Shown in pieces: positions 1 through 9,881 of a stretch of 64,000 nucleotides of DNA (positions are counted from its first letter, which is position 1; each line of letters starts with the position of its first letter). The position numbers and the translations under genes were made by a program. Under the pieces are notes generated by a model. The model worked only from the letters and a program-made list of their open reading frames with translations, did no database searches and was not told where the DNA came from. This DNA comes from Opitutia bacterium. GTDB lineage: Bacteria > Verrucomicrobiota > Verrucomicrobiia > Opitutales > Opitutaceae. Location of the stretch: contig CANJVR010000001.1 in assembly GCA_947478395.1 (NCBI GenBank), forward strand, positions 608,001 through 672,000, in the 5' to 3' direction.

Positions 1-292
1 CAAGCTCACTACGCTCTGCCAAGCGAAGCGGCACACCGCGATTGAGTCTATTAGAGACAAGGGGGCCAGCTGGGCCGGGCGGCATCAGCCGTTCACGCTA
101 CCGACGTCACGCTCGCCCTAATGCGAAGCGCAGCGGAGTTAATAGCTGGCGTGCAACCGCGGCCTGCGATTGCGGTCGCACGCCGCGCCGGAATATCTTT
201 CCCCAGAATATGACTTGAAACGCCGGGGTGTTCGCTGAGTCTTCGCAGGCTTTGGCGCCCACTTGCGGCGCCTTCCTTTACTGAATCGCCAC

Positions 293-1591
293 ATGCGCCC
301 GTCCAAATTCCTTTCCCGTCTCTTGCGTTGGGAGCTCGCCCTCGGCGCGCTCGCGCTGCTGTCCGGCTGCGACATCAATTTCTGGCGGATGGACGGCCAT
401 CAGTCGACGATCGACGTCAACGGCCCCGTCGCACGTTCCCAACTGAACGTGTTTTATGTGACATGCTGGGTAACCGCCGCGATTTTCGTCATCGTGGGCG
501 GCGTCCTCGCGTATGCGACGATCAAATTTCGGGCCCGCACGCTAGAAGATGAACGGGCCGTTCCGCCTGAACAAGGCCATGGCAACCCGCTCATCGAGGT
601 CGGCCTGATCGGCGCCTCGGTCCTAGCGCTCGTGATCATCGCTGTTCCCACTCTCCGCGCCATTTTCTACACCTACGACGTACCGGAAGCCCAGAAGGGC
701 AACAGCTACGAAATCACGGCGACCGGCCTGCAGTGGTGGTTCAAATTCGACTACCCTTCCGAACAAATCAACGGCGTCGGGACACTCACAACGAGCAATG
801 AGCTCGTGATTCCCGCCGGCCGGCCGGTCCGCATCAATGTGCGCAGCTCCGATGTTATCCACAGTTTCTGGGTGCCGAAGCTCGCGGGCAAAGTAGACAT
901 GATCCCCAACCGGGCGAACTTCCTCTGGTTGCAGGCCGATGAACCGGGTTATTTCTGGGGTCAGTGCGCCGAGTACTGCGGCGATTCGCACGCCGTCATG
1001 CGCTTCCGCGTTGTGGCCCTCGCGCAGAAAGAATTCGACGAGTGGGTCGCGCAGCAAGCCGCCCCCGCCCGTAATGTAGCGGCGTCGGCCGTCGCCGCCA
1101 CCGCTGCGGCGCCCCGCGCGCAGTTAGCCGCGCTGCGCACCTATGCCCAGAACGAAAGCGGGATTTCCAATCTGTATGAGTCGAAGCCACTCGATTCCTG
1201 GCGCACCAAGCAGTCACCGGAAAAAGCCGAAGACGCTGCGCTGATCGCGACGGGCAAGGCCCTGTTCCTCTCCAAATCCTGTTCGAGCTGCCACACCGTG
1301 CGCGGCCACGAGATCAACGGCGTTCCTTTCGGAGGACTCACCGCTCCCAATCTCACCCACGTCGGCTCGCGCTCCACGATCGCCGCCGGCCTCCTCGAAA
1401 ATAATCCCGAGCAACTGCGCCGCTGGATTCACAATCCCGGAGCCGTAAAGCCAGGCAACAAGATGTACGTCGGCATCGGCGGCATGGCCGGCTACATGAA
1501 GAAAAACGAGCAGGGCGAATGGGTGCCTAACATCACCCTTACCGCCGATGACGAAGTCGCTCTCGTCGCCTATCTCCAAAGCCTCAAGTAA
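293..1591 (+). CDS. coxB: Cytochrome c oxidase subunit II, caa3 type, lipoprotein with fused C-terminal cytochrome c
   Basis: Lipobox LLSGC, two TM helices, DVIHSFW and CuA motif CAEYCGDSHAVM, heme c motif CSSCH with a distal Met (PGNKM). ATG at 293 preferred over TTG at 263. Confidence 0.95.
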   Translation: MRPSKFLSRLLRWELALGALALLSGCDINFWRMDGHQSTIDVNGPVARSQLNVFYVTCWVTAAIFVIVGGVLAYATIKFRARTLEDERAVPPEQGHGNPLIEVGLIGASVLALVIIAVPTLRAIFYTYDVPEAQKGNSYEITATGLQWWFKFDYPSEQINGVGTLTTSNELVIPAGRPVRINVRSSDVIHSFWVPKLAGKVDMIPNRANFLWLQADEPGYFWGQCAEYCGDSHAVMRFRVVALAQKEFDEWVAQQAAPARNVAASAVAATAAAPRAQLAALRTYAQNESGISNLYESKPLDSWRTKQSPEKAEDAALIATGKALFLSKSCSSCHTVRGHEINGVPFGGLTAPNLTHVGSRSTIAAGLLENNPEQLRRWIHNPGAVKPGNKMYVGIGGMAGYMKKNEQGEWVPNITLTADDEVALVAYLQSLK

Positions 1592-1600
1592 TTTCCTCTC

Positions 1601-3574
1601 ATGGACGACGCTCTAAAATCTCACCTCCACGGCGGCGAAGCACCGGCCGCCCCCAAGTCTTTCGTCATCTGGCGGCCCACCGCGCAAACCGGGCTCATGA
1701 GCTGGCTGACGACTGTCGATCACAAGAAGATCGGCTTTCTCTACGGGATTTTCGCGCTGTTCTTCTTCCTCGTCGGTGGCGTCGAGGCGCTCCTGATCCG
1801 GATGCAGCTGATGTTTCCGAACGGCACCGTGCTGACCGCGCAGCAGTACAACACGATGTTCACCATGCACGGGACGACGATGATCTTCCTCGCCGTCATG
1901 CCGCTGTCGGCCGCGTTTTTCAATTACATCATGCCGCTGCAAATCGGCGCGCGCGACGTCGCATTTCCCCGGCTCAATGCCTTCTCGCTCTGGACCTTCG
2001 TGGCCGGCGCAATTATCGTAAATCTCGGCTGGTTCATGAAGGATGGCGCACCCGACGCCGGCTGGTTCGGCTACGCTCCGCTGACCGAGAAAGCGTACAA
2101 CCCCGATCACTCGATCGATATGTGGGTGATGGGCCTTCAGCTCCTCGGTGTCGCCTCGATCGCCGCGTCGCTCAATTTCATTGTCACGATTATCAATCTC
2201 CGCGCCCCGGGCATGACGATGATGCGTCTCCCCGTGTTCACCTGGATGACCCTGGTCACGGCGTTCCTAATCGTGCTTTCGTTTCCTTTCATCACGATCG
2301 CGCTCGTCGAGCTGATGATGGACCGCCTCTTCGGCACGAACTTCTTTGAAGTGTCCGGCGGCGGTATGCCGATTCTCTGGCAGCATCTTTTCTGGGTCTT
2401 CGGCCATCCCGAAGTGTACATTTTGATTCTGCCCGCGATGGGCATCATTTCGGAAATCCTGCCGACATTCTCGCGCAAACCGCTGTTCGGTTACCCGATC
2501 GTAGTGTTCTCGGGCGCAGCCATCGGTTTCCTCGGCTTCTCGGTGTGGAGCCATCACATGTTCACGACCGGCATGGGCACGATGGCGACCGCGGCGTTTT
2601 CGTTAGCAACCATGGTGATCGCGGTCCCCACGGGGGTGAAGGTGTTCAATTGGATCGGCACGCTATGGGGCGGCCATATCTCGCTGCGGACGCCCATGAT
2701 GTTTGCCCTCGGCTTCATCTGGATGTTTATGATGGGCGGCTTGTCCGGCATCATGCACTCAGCCGCGCCGGCCGATGCGCAACAGCAGGATAGCTACTTC
2801 GTCATCGCGCACTTTCACTACGTGCTGATCGGCGGCTCGATCTTCGCGCTCCTCGCCGGTATCCACTATTGGTTCCCACTGATGTTCGGCCGCAAGGTCA
2901 GCGAGTTCTGGGGCAAACTTTCGTTTTGGATCATCTTCATCGGCTTTAATACGACGTTCTTCCCGATGCACTTCCTTGGGTTGAACGGCATGCCGCGCCG
3001 CACGTTCACCTACGATGCGAACTTCGGCTGGAACACCGCCAACTTCATCGCGACGATCGGCGCCCTTATCCTCGGCGTCGGCGTCTGCGTCTACTTCGCC
3101 GTGATGGTTTACACGTATTTCAAGGGCGAACGCGTCGGTCGCGATGTGTGGGATGCCCGGACGCTGGAGTGGAGCCTGCCAAATCCGCCACCCGAGTATA
3201 ACTACCGCGTCATCCCGAACGTTCATGCGCGCGATGCCTACTGGTACGTCAAGCAGCACAAAGACGAGGTCGCCAAAGAAGAAGCAGCGCACGCCAAAGA
3301 CGAAGAGGCTCATGGCGGCATCCACATGCCGCACCAATCGATTTATCCGTTCATCGCCAGCCTCGGACTGCTCATCGCGTCCGTCGGCATCGCGGTGATC
3401 GACCACGACCCGAGCCCCGGCTTCTGGGGCAAGAAGATCGGCATCTGTATGATCGGCGGCTTGGTCATGTTGACCGGTATCTATCTTTGGTCATTGGAAG
3501 GCACCGAAGGCTACCACCTTCATCCCGAAGATGAGGAACATGCTGGCCGCGACAAATCAGCGGCGAAGCATTGA
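1601..3574 (+). CDS. coxA: Cytochrome c oxidase subunit I (A1 type) with extra C-terminal TM helices
   Basis: TVDHKKIG, MHGTTMIF, DVAFPRLN, GHPEVY, WSHHMF and AHFHY motifs. Confidence 0.97.
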   Translation: MDDALKSHLHGGEAPAAPKSFVIWRPTAQTGLMSWLTTVDHKKIGFLYGIFALFFFLVGGVEALLIRMQLMFPNGTVLTAQQYNTMFTMHGTTMIFLAVMPLSAAFFNYIMPLQIGARDVAFPRLNAFSLWTFVAGAIIVNLGWFMKDGAPDAGWFGYAPLTEKAYNPDHSIDMWVMGLQLLGVASIAASLNFIVTIINLRAPGMTMMRLPVFTWMTLVTAFLIVLSFPFITIALVELMMDRLFGTNFFEVSGGGMPILWQHLFWVFGHPEVYILILPAMGIISEILPTFSRKPLFGYPIVVFSGAAIGFLGFSVWSHHMFTTGMGTMATAAFSLATMVIAVPTGVKVFNWIGTLWGGHISLRTPMMFALGFIWMFMMGGLSGIMHSAAPADAQQQDSYFVIAHFHYVLIGGSIFALLAGIHYWFPLMFGRKVSEFWGKLSFWIIFIGFNTTFFPMHFLGLNGMPRRTFTYDANFGWNTANFIATIGALILGVGVCVYFAVMVYTYFKGERVGRDVWDARTLEWSLPNPPPEYNYRVIPNVHARDAYWYVKQHKDEVAKEEAAHAKDEEAHGGIHMPHQSIYPFIASLGLLIASVGIAVIDHDPSPGFWGKKIGICMIGGLVMLTGIYLWSLEGTEGYHLHPEDEEHAGRDKSAAKH

Positions 3575-3638
3575 GTTCTAGTTCCTATTCTCACCGAATC
3601 GTTTAACTGACCTTCCGTCCTAGCCTTTCCGACCAACC

Positions 3639-4478
3639 ATGAGCAGTCACGCTGGCCCCATCGACCACCATAACGATCCGAGCACTTCGACCGGGATCCC
3701 GAACAAGAAACTGCTCATGTGGACGTTTCTCGCGTCGGACTGCATGTTCTTCGGCGCGCTGATTTCGACCCATCTGATCTATCGGTTGCACCCAATCCCG
3801 GGAGGTCCGGTACCGAAGCAAGTCTTCAGCATCGAGCTCACTTCGTTCTCCACGTTCATCCTCCTGATGTCATCGCTGATGATGGCGTTGGCGGTGACTG
3901 CGATCCAAAAAAATAATCTCAAGAGCTGCCGTTGGTCACTGCTTACCACGATCTTCTTTGGGTCGATTTTTCTGGGGTGTCAGGTCTACGAGTTCACCGA
4001 ATTCGTGCATGAGAAGCACCTGACGATCACGAACAGCACGCTGGGCACTACGTTCTTCACGCTCACCGGCACGCACGGTACCCACGTCGCCATCGGCGTG
4101 TTCTGGCTAATCCTCATGTACGTGCGCTCATTTCAGCCGGTGGACGTTAGCCGCCAGCCGATGTGGTTTGCCCGCAACCTGCTCCATGTTGCCGCCTTGA
4201 TTGGCGTTATCCTGCTCGCGATGTTTTCCACCCTCGGTTTGGTCAGCACCCTCAAGACCGGCGGAACCGTGGGCACCTTCTTCAGCGGGCATTTCGCGAT
4301 GATCGCCGGGTTCGTCGCTTGTAGCGCCGTCTGTGCATTTTTGGGTCGAGCTCGCCACGCGGTCAACTTCAGCGAAATCAACGCGATCGATGTCGAATCA
4401 ATGGGTCTCTACTGGCACTTCGTCGACATCGTTTGGATCGTGATTTTCACCGCGGTTTACCTGCTTGAATACCTCTGA
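3639..4478 (+). CDS. coxC: Cytochrome c oxidase subunit III
   Basis: WTFLASDCMFF, FFTLTGTHGTHV and YWHFVDIVW motifs; operon position. Confidence 0.93.
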   Translation: MSSHAGPIDHHNDPSTSTGIPNKKLLMWTFLASDCMFFGALISTHLIYRLHPIPGGPVPKQVFSIELTSFSTFILLMSSLMMALAVTAIQKNNLKSCRWSLLTTIFFGSIFLGCQVYEFTEFVHEKHLTITNSTLGTTFFTLTGTHGTHVAIGVFWLILMYVRSFQPVDVSRQPMWFARNLLHVAALIGVILLAMFSTLGLVSTLKTGGTVGTFFSGHFAMIAGFVACSAVCAFLGRARHAVNFSEINAIDVESMGLYWHFVDIVWIVIFTAVYLLEYL

Positions 4479-4521
4479 GGCGATCCGCAGGTAAATTTAC
4501 CACCTCCTTTTTAAATTAACT

Positions 4522-4866
4522 ATGAGTTCCGCCACCGCTCACGCTCCGGCTGCCGATCACGGCCACCACGAGGAAAGCAAATTCCAGATCTACGTGCAGA
4601 TCGCGATGCTGCTCGCTGTCATCACCGGCGTCGAAATCATCGGCGTCTACTTGCCGTTCGCCAAATGGCTCATCGTCACCGCGCTGGTGGTGCTCTCCGT
4701 GGTGAAATTCATGTACGTGATTTTCTTTTTCATGCACCTGCGCTGGGACAAACCCTTTTGCACGGTCATGTTTTTTATAGGGCTCGTCCTCGCCACAGGG
4801 ACAGTCTGGGCGCTACTGCTGCTATTTAGCGTGAAGGATGGCATCCCGCTGTCGGCGCTACCCTAA
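4522..4866 (+). CDS. Cytochrome c oxidase subunit IV (caa3)
   Basis: Three TM helices with KFMYVIFFFMHL; follows subunit III. Confidence 0.88.
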   Translation: MSSATAHAPAADHGHHEESKFQIYVQIAMLLAVITGVEIIGVYLPFAKWLIVTALVVLSVVKFMYVIFFFMHLRWDKPFCTVMFFIGLVLATGTVWALLLLFSVKDGIPLSALP

Positions 4867-4895
4867 CCAGGCTACCCGCGCCTCGTCACGGATTC

Positions 4896-4925
4896 GCCCG
4901 GGCCACGCGCCCGGGCTTTTTATTT
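4896..4925 (+). terminator. Intrinsic terminator after the cox operon
   Basis: GCCCGGGC-CACGC-GCCCGGGC hairpin followed by TTTTTATTT. Confidence 0.75.
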
Positions 4926-5237
4926 GGCCGAGAACGCCGGGAGTGATGCGAGCCCTCGCCCCGTGTTCCGAAAAGCGGCCGGGAATTACACAACCCACCT
5001 TGCGGAGCGTATAAAATAGCCCTCGCCCAGTCGTGGTCTTATCAAAAGTGCACCATAACAATCCGCTGAATGATTGTTTACGCTGGAAACCGATGCAACG
5101 AAGGGAACGACTAGATTTGCCCCGACTTCCGCGGTAACCTATTCGCTGATGAGGCTGGCGTTCGCGAAAACTGGATAAGCTCCTTTCTTTCTCCGGTCCC
5201 TCCGTTTCCTCCTTTAAATGCATTTCTCCGCTTCTCC

Positions 5238-6071
5238 ATGATCGACTGGCGCCACTGGCACAACGAACCGTACCTCGTCGGCGGGCTCGTGTTCTTCGGC
5301 TGGCTCTACGCGTTGCTCGCGGGACCGCTCCGCGCGCGTCTATTGCAACGCTCTGGGCTGACCCCGGAACTCGCTGCGGCCGCGCCGTTCCCGCGCGCGA
5401 AGGCGGTGAAGTTCTACCTCTCGCTGACGATCTTCTATTTGGCCGTCGGTTCGCCGTTGGATCAAATCGGCGAGCGTTTCCTTTTCAGTGCCCACATGCT
5501 TCAGCATCAGCTGCTGATTTACCCGTCGGCCATTTTATTTCTGCTCGGGATCCCGGCGTGGATGATCGACCCGGTCCTGGGCGCTCCTTCCGTGCACCGG
5601 CTGCTTCGACTGATCAGTGCCCCACTGTCGTGCGGCCTCATCTACACGCTCGTGATCAGCCTGTGGCACGCCCCGCTCGCGTATGACTGGGCCCTGCAGA
5701 ACAAGGTCGTGCACGTCGCAGAGCATCTGATGTTTTTCGGCGCGGCGCTTTTCTATTGGTGGCCGCTCTTGAGTCCATCGCGGGCACTCCCACCGATCCC
5801 CCATGGTGCGCGGATGATCTATTTGCTCGGCGTACTCATAGCGATGACGCCCATCTTCGCCTACATCACGTTTTCGGAAACCATCCTCTATCCCACCTAC
5901 GAATTCGCCCCGCGCCTGCTGGCTAATTTTTCCGCGACCGACGATCAGCTCATCGCCGGCGTCGGCATGAAGATCGTCGGCATGGGCGTCGCTCTGACCA
6001 CGTTTGCCATTAATTTTTACCGCTGGCATCAGGCCTCGGAGCAAAAGAATTCCGACCGGCGCGGCCGCTGA
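5238..6071 (+). CDS. ctaG: caa3-type oxidase assembly factor CtaG
   Basis: SPLD..GE.FLFSAHMLQH, WHAP, EHLMF, YWWPLL and DQ..AG..MK motifs; next to the cox genes. Confidence 0.9.
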   Translation: MIDWRHWHNEPYLVGGLVFFGWLYALLAGPLRARLLQRSGLTPELAAAAPFPRAKAVKFYLSLTIFYLAVGSPLDQIGERFLFSAHMLQHQLLIYPSAILFLLGIPAWMIDPVLGAPSVHRLLRLISAPLSCGLIYTLVISLWHAPLAYDWALQNKVVHVAEHLMFFGAALFYWWPLLSPSRALPPIPHGARMIYLLGVLIAMTPIFAYITFSETILYPTYEFAPRLLANFSATDDQLIAGVGMKIVGMGVALTTFAINFYRWHQASEQKNSDRRGR

Positions 6072-6227
6072 CTTGGGCCAAGCCGTCTCCACGCGTAACT
6101 CTACCGACGCCCAACACAAGAGCGCGGCCGCTGACTTCTCTGCCGCGGCCTCGGCTGCACGCAGGAGAATGAGGACGTTGCCGCTCCAAATTTTTGCGGC
6201 GCTGGCCTCCGTGTAGCCGGCCGAGAT

Positions 6228-6259
6228 CAAGGCCCGCCATCGGCAAGACGGCGGGCTTG
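6228..6259. terminator. Hairpin between convergent ctaG and cysK, possible terminator
   Basis: GCCCGCC/GGCGGGC stem with no clear U-tract. Confidence 0.35.
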
Positions 6260-6281
6260 GATCTACGAACTAGTTAAAACC

Positions 6282-7274
6282 TTACGTAGCCGCCGCGGGC
6301 GCCGGCGCGAACAAATCGTCGACGTTGTCGCTTTCGACATTCACGTCGGCGAACAACCACGAGGAGAGATAACGCTCCGACGCGGACGGAATGATCGCGA
6401 CGATCTGCTTGCCTTTGTTTTCCGGACGCTTGGCGAGTTGGAGCGCGGTCCAGACCGCGGCGCCAGAGGAAATGCCAATCGGAATGCCGTCGAGCTGGTT
6501 GACCTGTTTCGACACCGGACCGGAGTCAGCTTCCTTCACGCGGATCACCTCATCGTAAATCTTGGTGTTAAGCACCGCGGGGACGAAGCCAGCGCCGATA
6601 CCCTGAAGTTTATGCGGGCCAGGAGCGCCGCCGGAGAGCACAGGTGAGGCGTCGGGCTCGATCGCGATGATCTTGATCGAAGGCTTGCGGGCTTTGAGGA
6701 CCTCACCCACGCCGGTGATCGTGCCGCCGGTACCGATGCCGGAAACGACGAAGTCGACCTTGCCGTCGGTGTCGCGCCAAATTTCCTCCGCAGTCGTGCG
6801 GCGGTGAACCTCGGGGTTGGCGGGATTGGCGAACTGTTGAAGAATGAGTGCGCCGGGAATCTTCGCGGCGAGTTCCTCGGCCTTGGCGATCGCGCCCTTC
6901 ATGCCCTTCGCGCCCTCGGTGAGGACGAGTTTGGCGCCGAGAATCTTGAGGAGCTTGCGCCGCTCCATCGTCATCGTCTCGGGCATCGTGAGGATCAGCT
7001 TCAGCCCTTTCGCGGCGGCGACGAACGCGAGCGCGATACCCGTGTTGCCGCTGGTCGGCTCGATCAGAATCGAATCCTTGGTGATCTTTCCGCTCTTCAA
7101 GGCGTCGTCGATCATCGCGAAGCCGATACGGTCTTTAATGCTTGAGAGGGGGTTGAAGAATTCGAGCTTCAGGAGGATTTCAGCCTGCGCGCCGTGGGCG
7201 GCAGCGGTGCGGTTGAGGCGAACCAACGGGGTGTTGCCGATGGTTTCGGTGATGTCGTTGTATATTTTGGCCAT
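6282..7274 (-). CDS. cysK: Cysteine synthase A (O-acetylserine sulfhydrylase)
   Basis: [16 protein letters not shown] (PLP Lys), [15 protein letters not shown] and QGIGAGF. Start set at MAKIYND. Confidence 0.96.
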   Translation of the reverse strand: MAKIYNDITETIGNTPLVRLNRTAAAHGAQAEILLKLEFFNPLSSIKDRIGFAMIDDALKSGKITKDSILIEPTSGNTGIALAFVAAAKGLKLILTMPETMTMERRKLLKILGAKLVLTEGAKGMKGAIAKAEELAAKIPGALILQQFANPANPEVHRRTTAEEIWRDTDGKVDFVVSGIGTGGTITGVGEVLKARKPSIKIIAIEPDASPVLSGGAPGPHKLQGIGAGFVPAVLNTKIYDEVIRVKEADSGPVSKQVNQLDGIPIGISSGAAVWTALQLAKRPENKGKQIVAIIPSASERYLSSWLFADVNVESDNVDDLFAPAPAAAT

Positions 7275-7324
7275 GTGGGTCGTGGGTTGAGGATGAAAAC
7301 GAGAATGGGTTGAAGCGGCGCCGG

Positions 7325-8089
7325 CTATTTGTTCGTGCCCCACCGGCGATGGAGAAAGCGCTCCCAGGGTGAAAACAAAATCTTGTCGGCGACGAGACCG
7401 ATGATCAACAGCACAAACATGATTCCGATGACTTGGTCCATGGCGCTGAGTTCGCGCCCATAGTGCAGGAGGTGACCGAGTCCGAAGCCGCTCAAAATCG
7501 TGACATAGATTTCGGCCGCCATCAGCGAGCGCCACGCGAACGCCCAGCCCTGCTTCATGCCGCCGACGATAAATGGCAGTGCCGCTGGTAACATGACCCG
7601 CAACCACGTGTGCATCCCCCGCGAACCCATCGTGCGGGCTGCCCGCGCGTAGATCGGCGGGACGTTCCTCACGCCGTTGTCGGTTGCGATGATCACCGAC
7701 CAAAGCGTACCCATCACGACAACGAAAAACATCGCCGCCTCGGTCTGCCCAAACCACAGGAGCGCGAGCGGCACCCAGCACACGCTGGGCAGCGTCTGCA
7801 GTCCCAACGAAAGCACACCGATCGTATCTTTAAGGACCTGGAAACGCGCGGTCAGCAATCCCACGGGAAGACCGATGACGATCCCAAAAAAATAACCCAG
7901 CAGCAGCCGCTTCATCGTCACAATGCTCGAATCCCACAAGGTGCCGTCGCCGATCGCCGTCACCAGATAACGACCGACACTCCACGGGGTCGGCACCAGC
8001 ACGGGCGACCAGATGCGCGCCCGGCACACCGCTTCCCACGCCAGGAGGAGCAGCGAAAAAAATACGAGGGCTTTGATGAACCGCTTCAC
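7325..8089 (-). CDS. ABC transporter permease, SsuC/TauC/NitT family
   Basis: [17 protein letters not shown] (EAA-like loop) and AWRSLMAAE. The GTG start overlaps the ATPase stop (GTGA). Confidence 0.9.
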   Translation of the reverse strand: MKRFIKALVFFSLLLLAWEAVCRARIWSPVLVPTPWSVGRYLVTAIGDGTLWDSSIVTMKRLLLGYFFGIVIGLPVGLLTARFQVLKDTIGVLSLGLQTLPSVCWVPLALLWFGQTEAAMFFVVVMGTLWSVIIATDNGVRNVPPIYARAARTMGSRGMHTWLRVMLPAALPFIVGGMKQGWAFAWRSLMAAEIYVTILSGFGLGHLLHYGRELSAMDQVIGIMFVLLIIGLVADKILFSPWERFLHRRWGTNK

Positions 8090-8907
8090 TCGGCGACCTC
8101 CTTCAGGATCCCGGTCTCGGACCGCGCGTAATTCTTCAACGCCGCGGTGATCTTCGTCGAATAGCGGGCCAGATCGACGCTGTTGATGTCGCGTGGCCGG
8201 GGAAGATCGATCTTGAACTGCTCCTGAATGCGGCCGGGGTGCGGCGAGAACAGGACCACGCGGTCGCCGAGGCAACACGCCTCGCGGACGTTGTGAGTGA
8301 CAAACACGATCGTCTTCTTGCGCTCCTGCCAGATGCGCTGGAGATCGCCGTAGAGGTGCTCGCGCGTGAGCGCGTCGAGCGCGGCGAAAGGTTCATCCAT
8401 CAAGAGCACACGTGGATTGGGCGCGAGGGCGCGGGCGAGGGCCACACGCTGCTTCATGCCACCCGACAATTCGTGGATGTAAGCGTGGTGAAATTTTCCC
8501 AAGCCGACCAATTCGAGATAAAATTCCGCCACCCGACGGCGCTCCGCGGTGGTGAGGCTGGGTTTGAGCCGCAAACCGAAGAGCACGTTGTCGAGCACAT
8601 CGAGCCAGGGGAAAAGCGCGGATTCCTGAAACATCATCATCCGGTCGCGGCCGGGCGCATTCACCGGCGCGCCGTCGGTAAAAACGCGACCGTCGTCCGC
8701 AGAATCCAGCCCAGCGATTATATTCAGCAGGGTAGATTTCCCGCATCCGCTCGGCCCGACGAGACAGACAAACTCGCCCTCCCCGACATCCAGCGATACT
8801 TGGTCCAGTGCGTGGACCGTGCGCGCGCCGGCGCCGAAGCGCTTGCTGACGCGCTGCACAGAGAGCTTCGATGAAGCCTCGTTTTGGAGCTCAGTTTGAA
8901 AGGTCAT
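8086..8907 (-). CDS. ABC transporter ATP-binding protein, SsuB/TauB family
   Basis: GPSGCGKST, LSGGMKQR, LLMDEPF, FVTH and PRPR motifs. Confidence 0.93.
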   Translation of the reverse strand: MTFQTELQNEASSKLSVQRVSKRFGAGARTVHALDQVSLDVGEGEFVCLVGPSGCGKSTLLNIIAGLDSADDGRVFTDGAPVNAPGRDRMMMFQESALFPWLDVLDNVLFGLRLKPSLTTAERRRVAEFYLELVGLGKFHHAYIHELSGGMKQRVALARALAPNPRVLLMDEPFAALDALTREHLYGDLQRIWQERKKTIVFVTHNVREACCLGDRVVLFSPHPGRIQEQFKIDLPRPRDINSVDLARYSTKITAALKNYARSETGILKEVAE

Positions 8908-9863
8908 GGCTTAGCGCTGAACAGCCGGTCGAGGGGAATGGCGTCGCGCAGGAAGCCGGCACTCTGGGCGTCGACCACCAGGGCGGAAAACTGAGACTGC
9001 GTCACCTGATCGGAAAATTTCAGCCGGCGCCACGAACGGTCGATGATAGCCGCCGGCATCTCGCGCTTGGTCTCTGCGGTCAGGCCGGCCCGAACGATGG
9101 CCTGCGCCTCAGTGGTATGCGTGCCGAGCCACGCGGTGAGTTCAGCATGCGCGGCACGGAATTTTGCGACAAGCGCAGGCTGCGCCTTGAGAAATTTCAC
9201 GCCGCTCACGAGCACCGTGGTGACGGCATCGTTTTGCTCGAGGAAAACTTTCCCTCCTGCCTCGGTTTCGAGGCGAGAGACCCACGGCTCGACCGTCCAG
9301 ACGCCGTCGAGCTTGCCCTGTTGAAATAGCTGGAGCTGGTCGGCGTTGGCGGTGGGCACCACGAGCACATCGCCACCGGTGAGCGTAATTTTGAAGCCCT
9401 GTTTTTTCAGCCAGGCTCGGGCGGCCACATCCTGAGTGTTCCCAAGTTGTGGCGTGGCGATGCGTCCGCCCTTGAAGTCAGCGGGTTTGGTCACATGGCC
9501 ATCACCCGGCACAACCAAGGCCGCGCCGCCTTCGGCAGCGCCAGCCAGCACGCGGATCTCGTCGCCCTGGGAGCGAATATAGGCATTGAGCGCCGGGTTC
9601 GGCCCGACATAGGTCAGGTCGATCGAGCCGGCGAAAATCGCCTCCATCGCGCTCGGGCCGGCATTAAACGGAAACCACTGGATGGTGACATCAGGCCCAA
9701 GTCGTTGCTCGAACCATCCGTGCTTTTCCCGCGTGGTGTGGCTACCCACGAGACCCTGTGCGTGAGTGATGTTGGGAAAATAGCCGACCCGCAGCGTGAT
9801 TTTATCGGCACGTACCCACGAGGTGAGGAGAGCTAGGAGAAAAAGAAGCCGAAAGATTTTCAT
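8904..9863 (-). CDS. ABC substrate-binding protein, SsuA/NitT family (sulfonate/oxyanion)
   Basis: Signal peptide; GYFPNITHAQ, FNAGP, TPQLGNTQD and EPW motifs. Confidence 0.88.
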   Translation of the reverse strand: MKIFRLLFLLALLTSWVRADKITLRVGYFPNITHAQGLVGSHTTREKHGWFEQRLGPDVTIQWFPFNAGPSAMEAIFAGSIDLTYVGPNPALNAYIRSQGDEIRVLAGAAEGGAALVVPGDGHVTKPADFKGGRIATPQLGNTQDVAARAWLKKQGFKITLTGGDVLVVPTANADQLQLFQQGKLDGVWTVEPWVSRLETEAGGKVFLEQNDAVTTVLVSGVKFLKAQPALVAKFRAAHAELTAWLGTHTTEAQAIVRAGLTAETKREMPAAIIDRSWRRLKFSDQVTQSQFSALVVDAQSAGFLRDAIPLDRLFSAKP

Positions 9864-9881
9864 GGCGAAAGCGCGACGGGC

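Noticed and set aside
1..145. Possible 3' end of an upstream gene
   Set aside because: It is too short, and no frame gives a recognisable peptide.
5115..5185. CTGATGA...GAAA resembling a hammerhead ribozyme core
   Set aside because: Stem II pairs poorly, and stems I and III give only about 2 bp around any UH site.
7275..7781. Apparent 169-aa N-terminal extension of CysK, and similar extensions on fhs, hlyD, the hydrolase and the rhamnose isomerase
   Set aside because: They overlap upstream genes or repeats or lack protein-like features, and downstream ATGs give family-typical starts.
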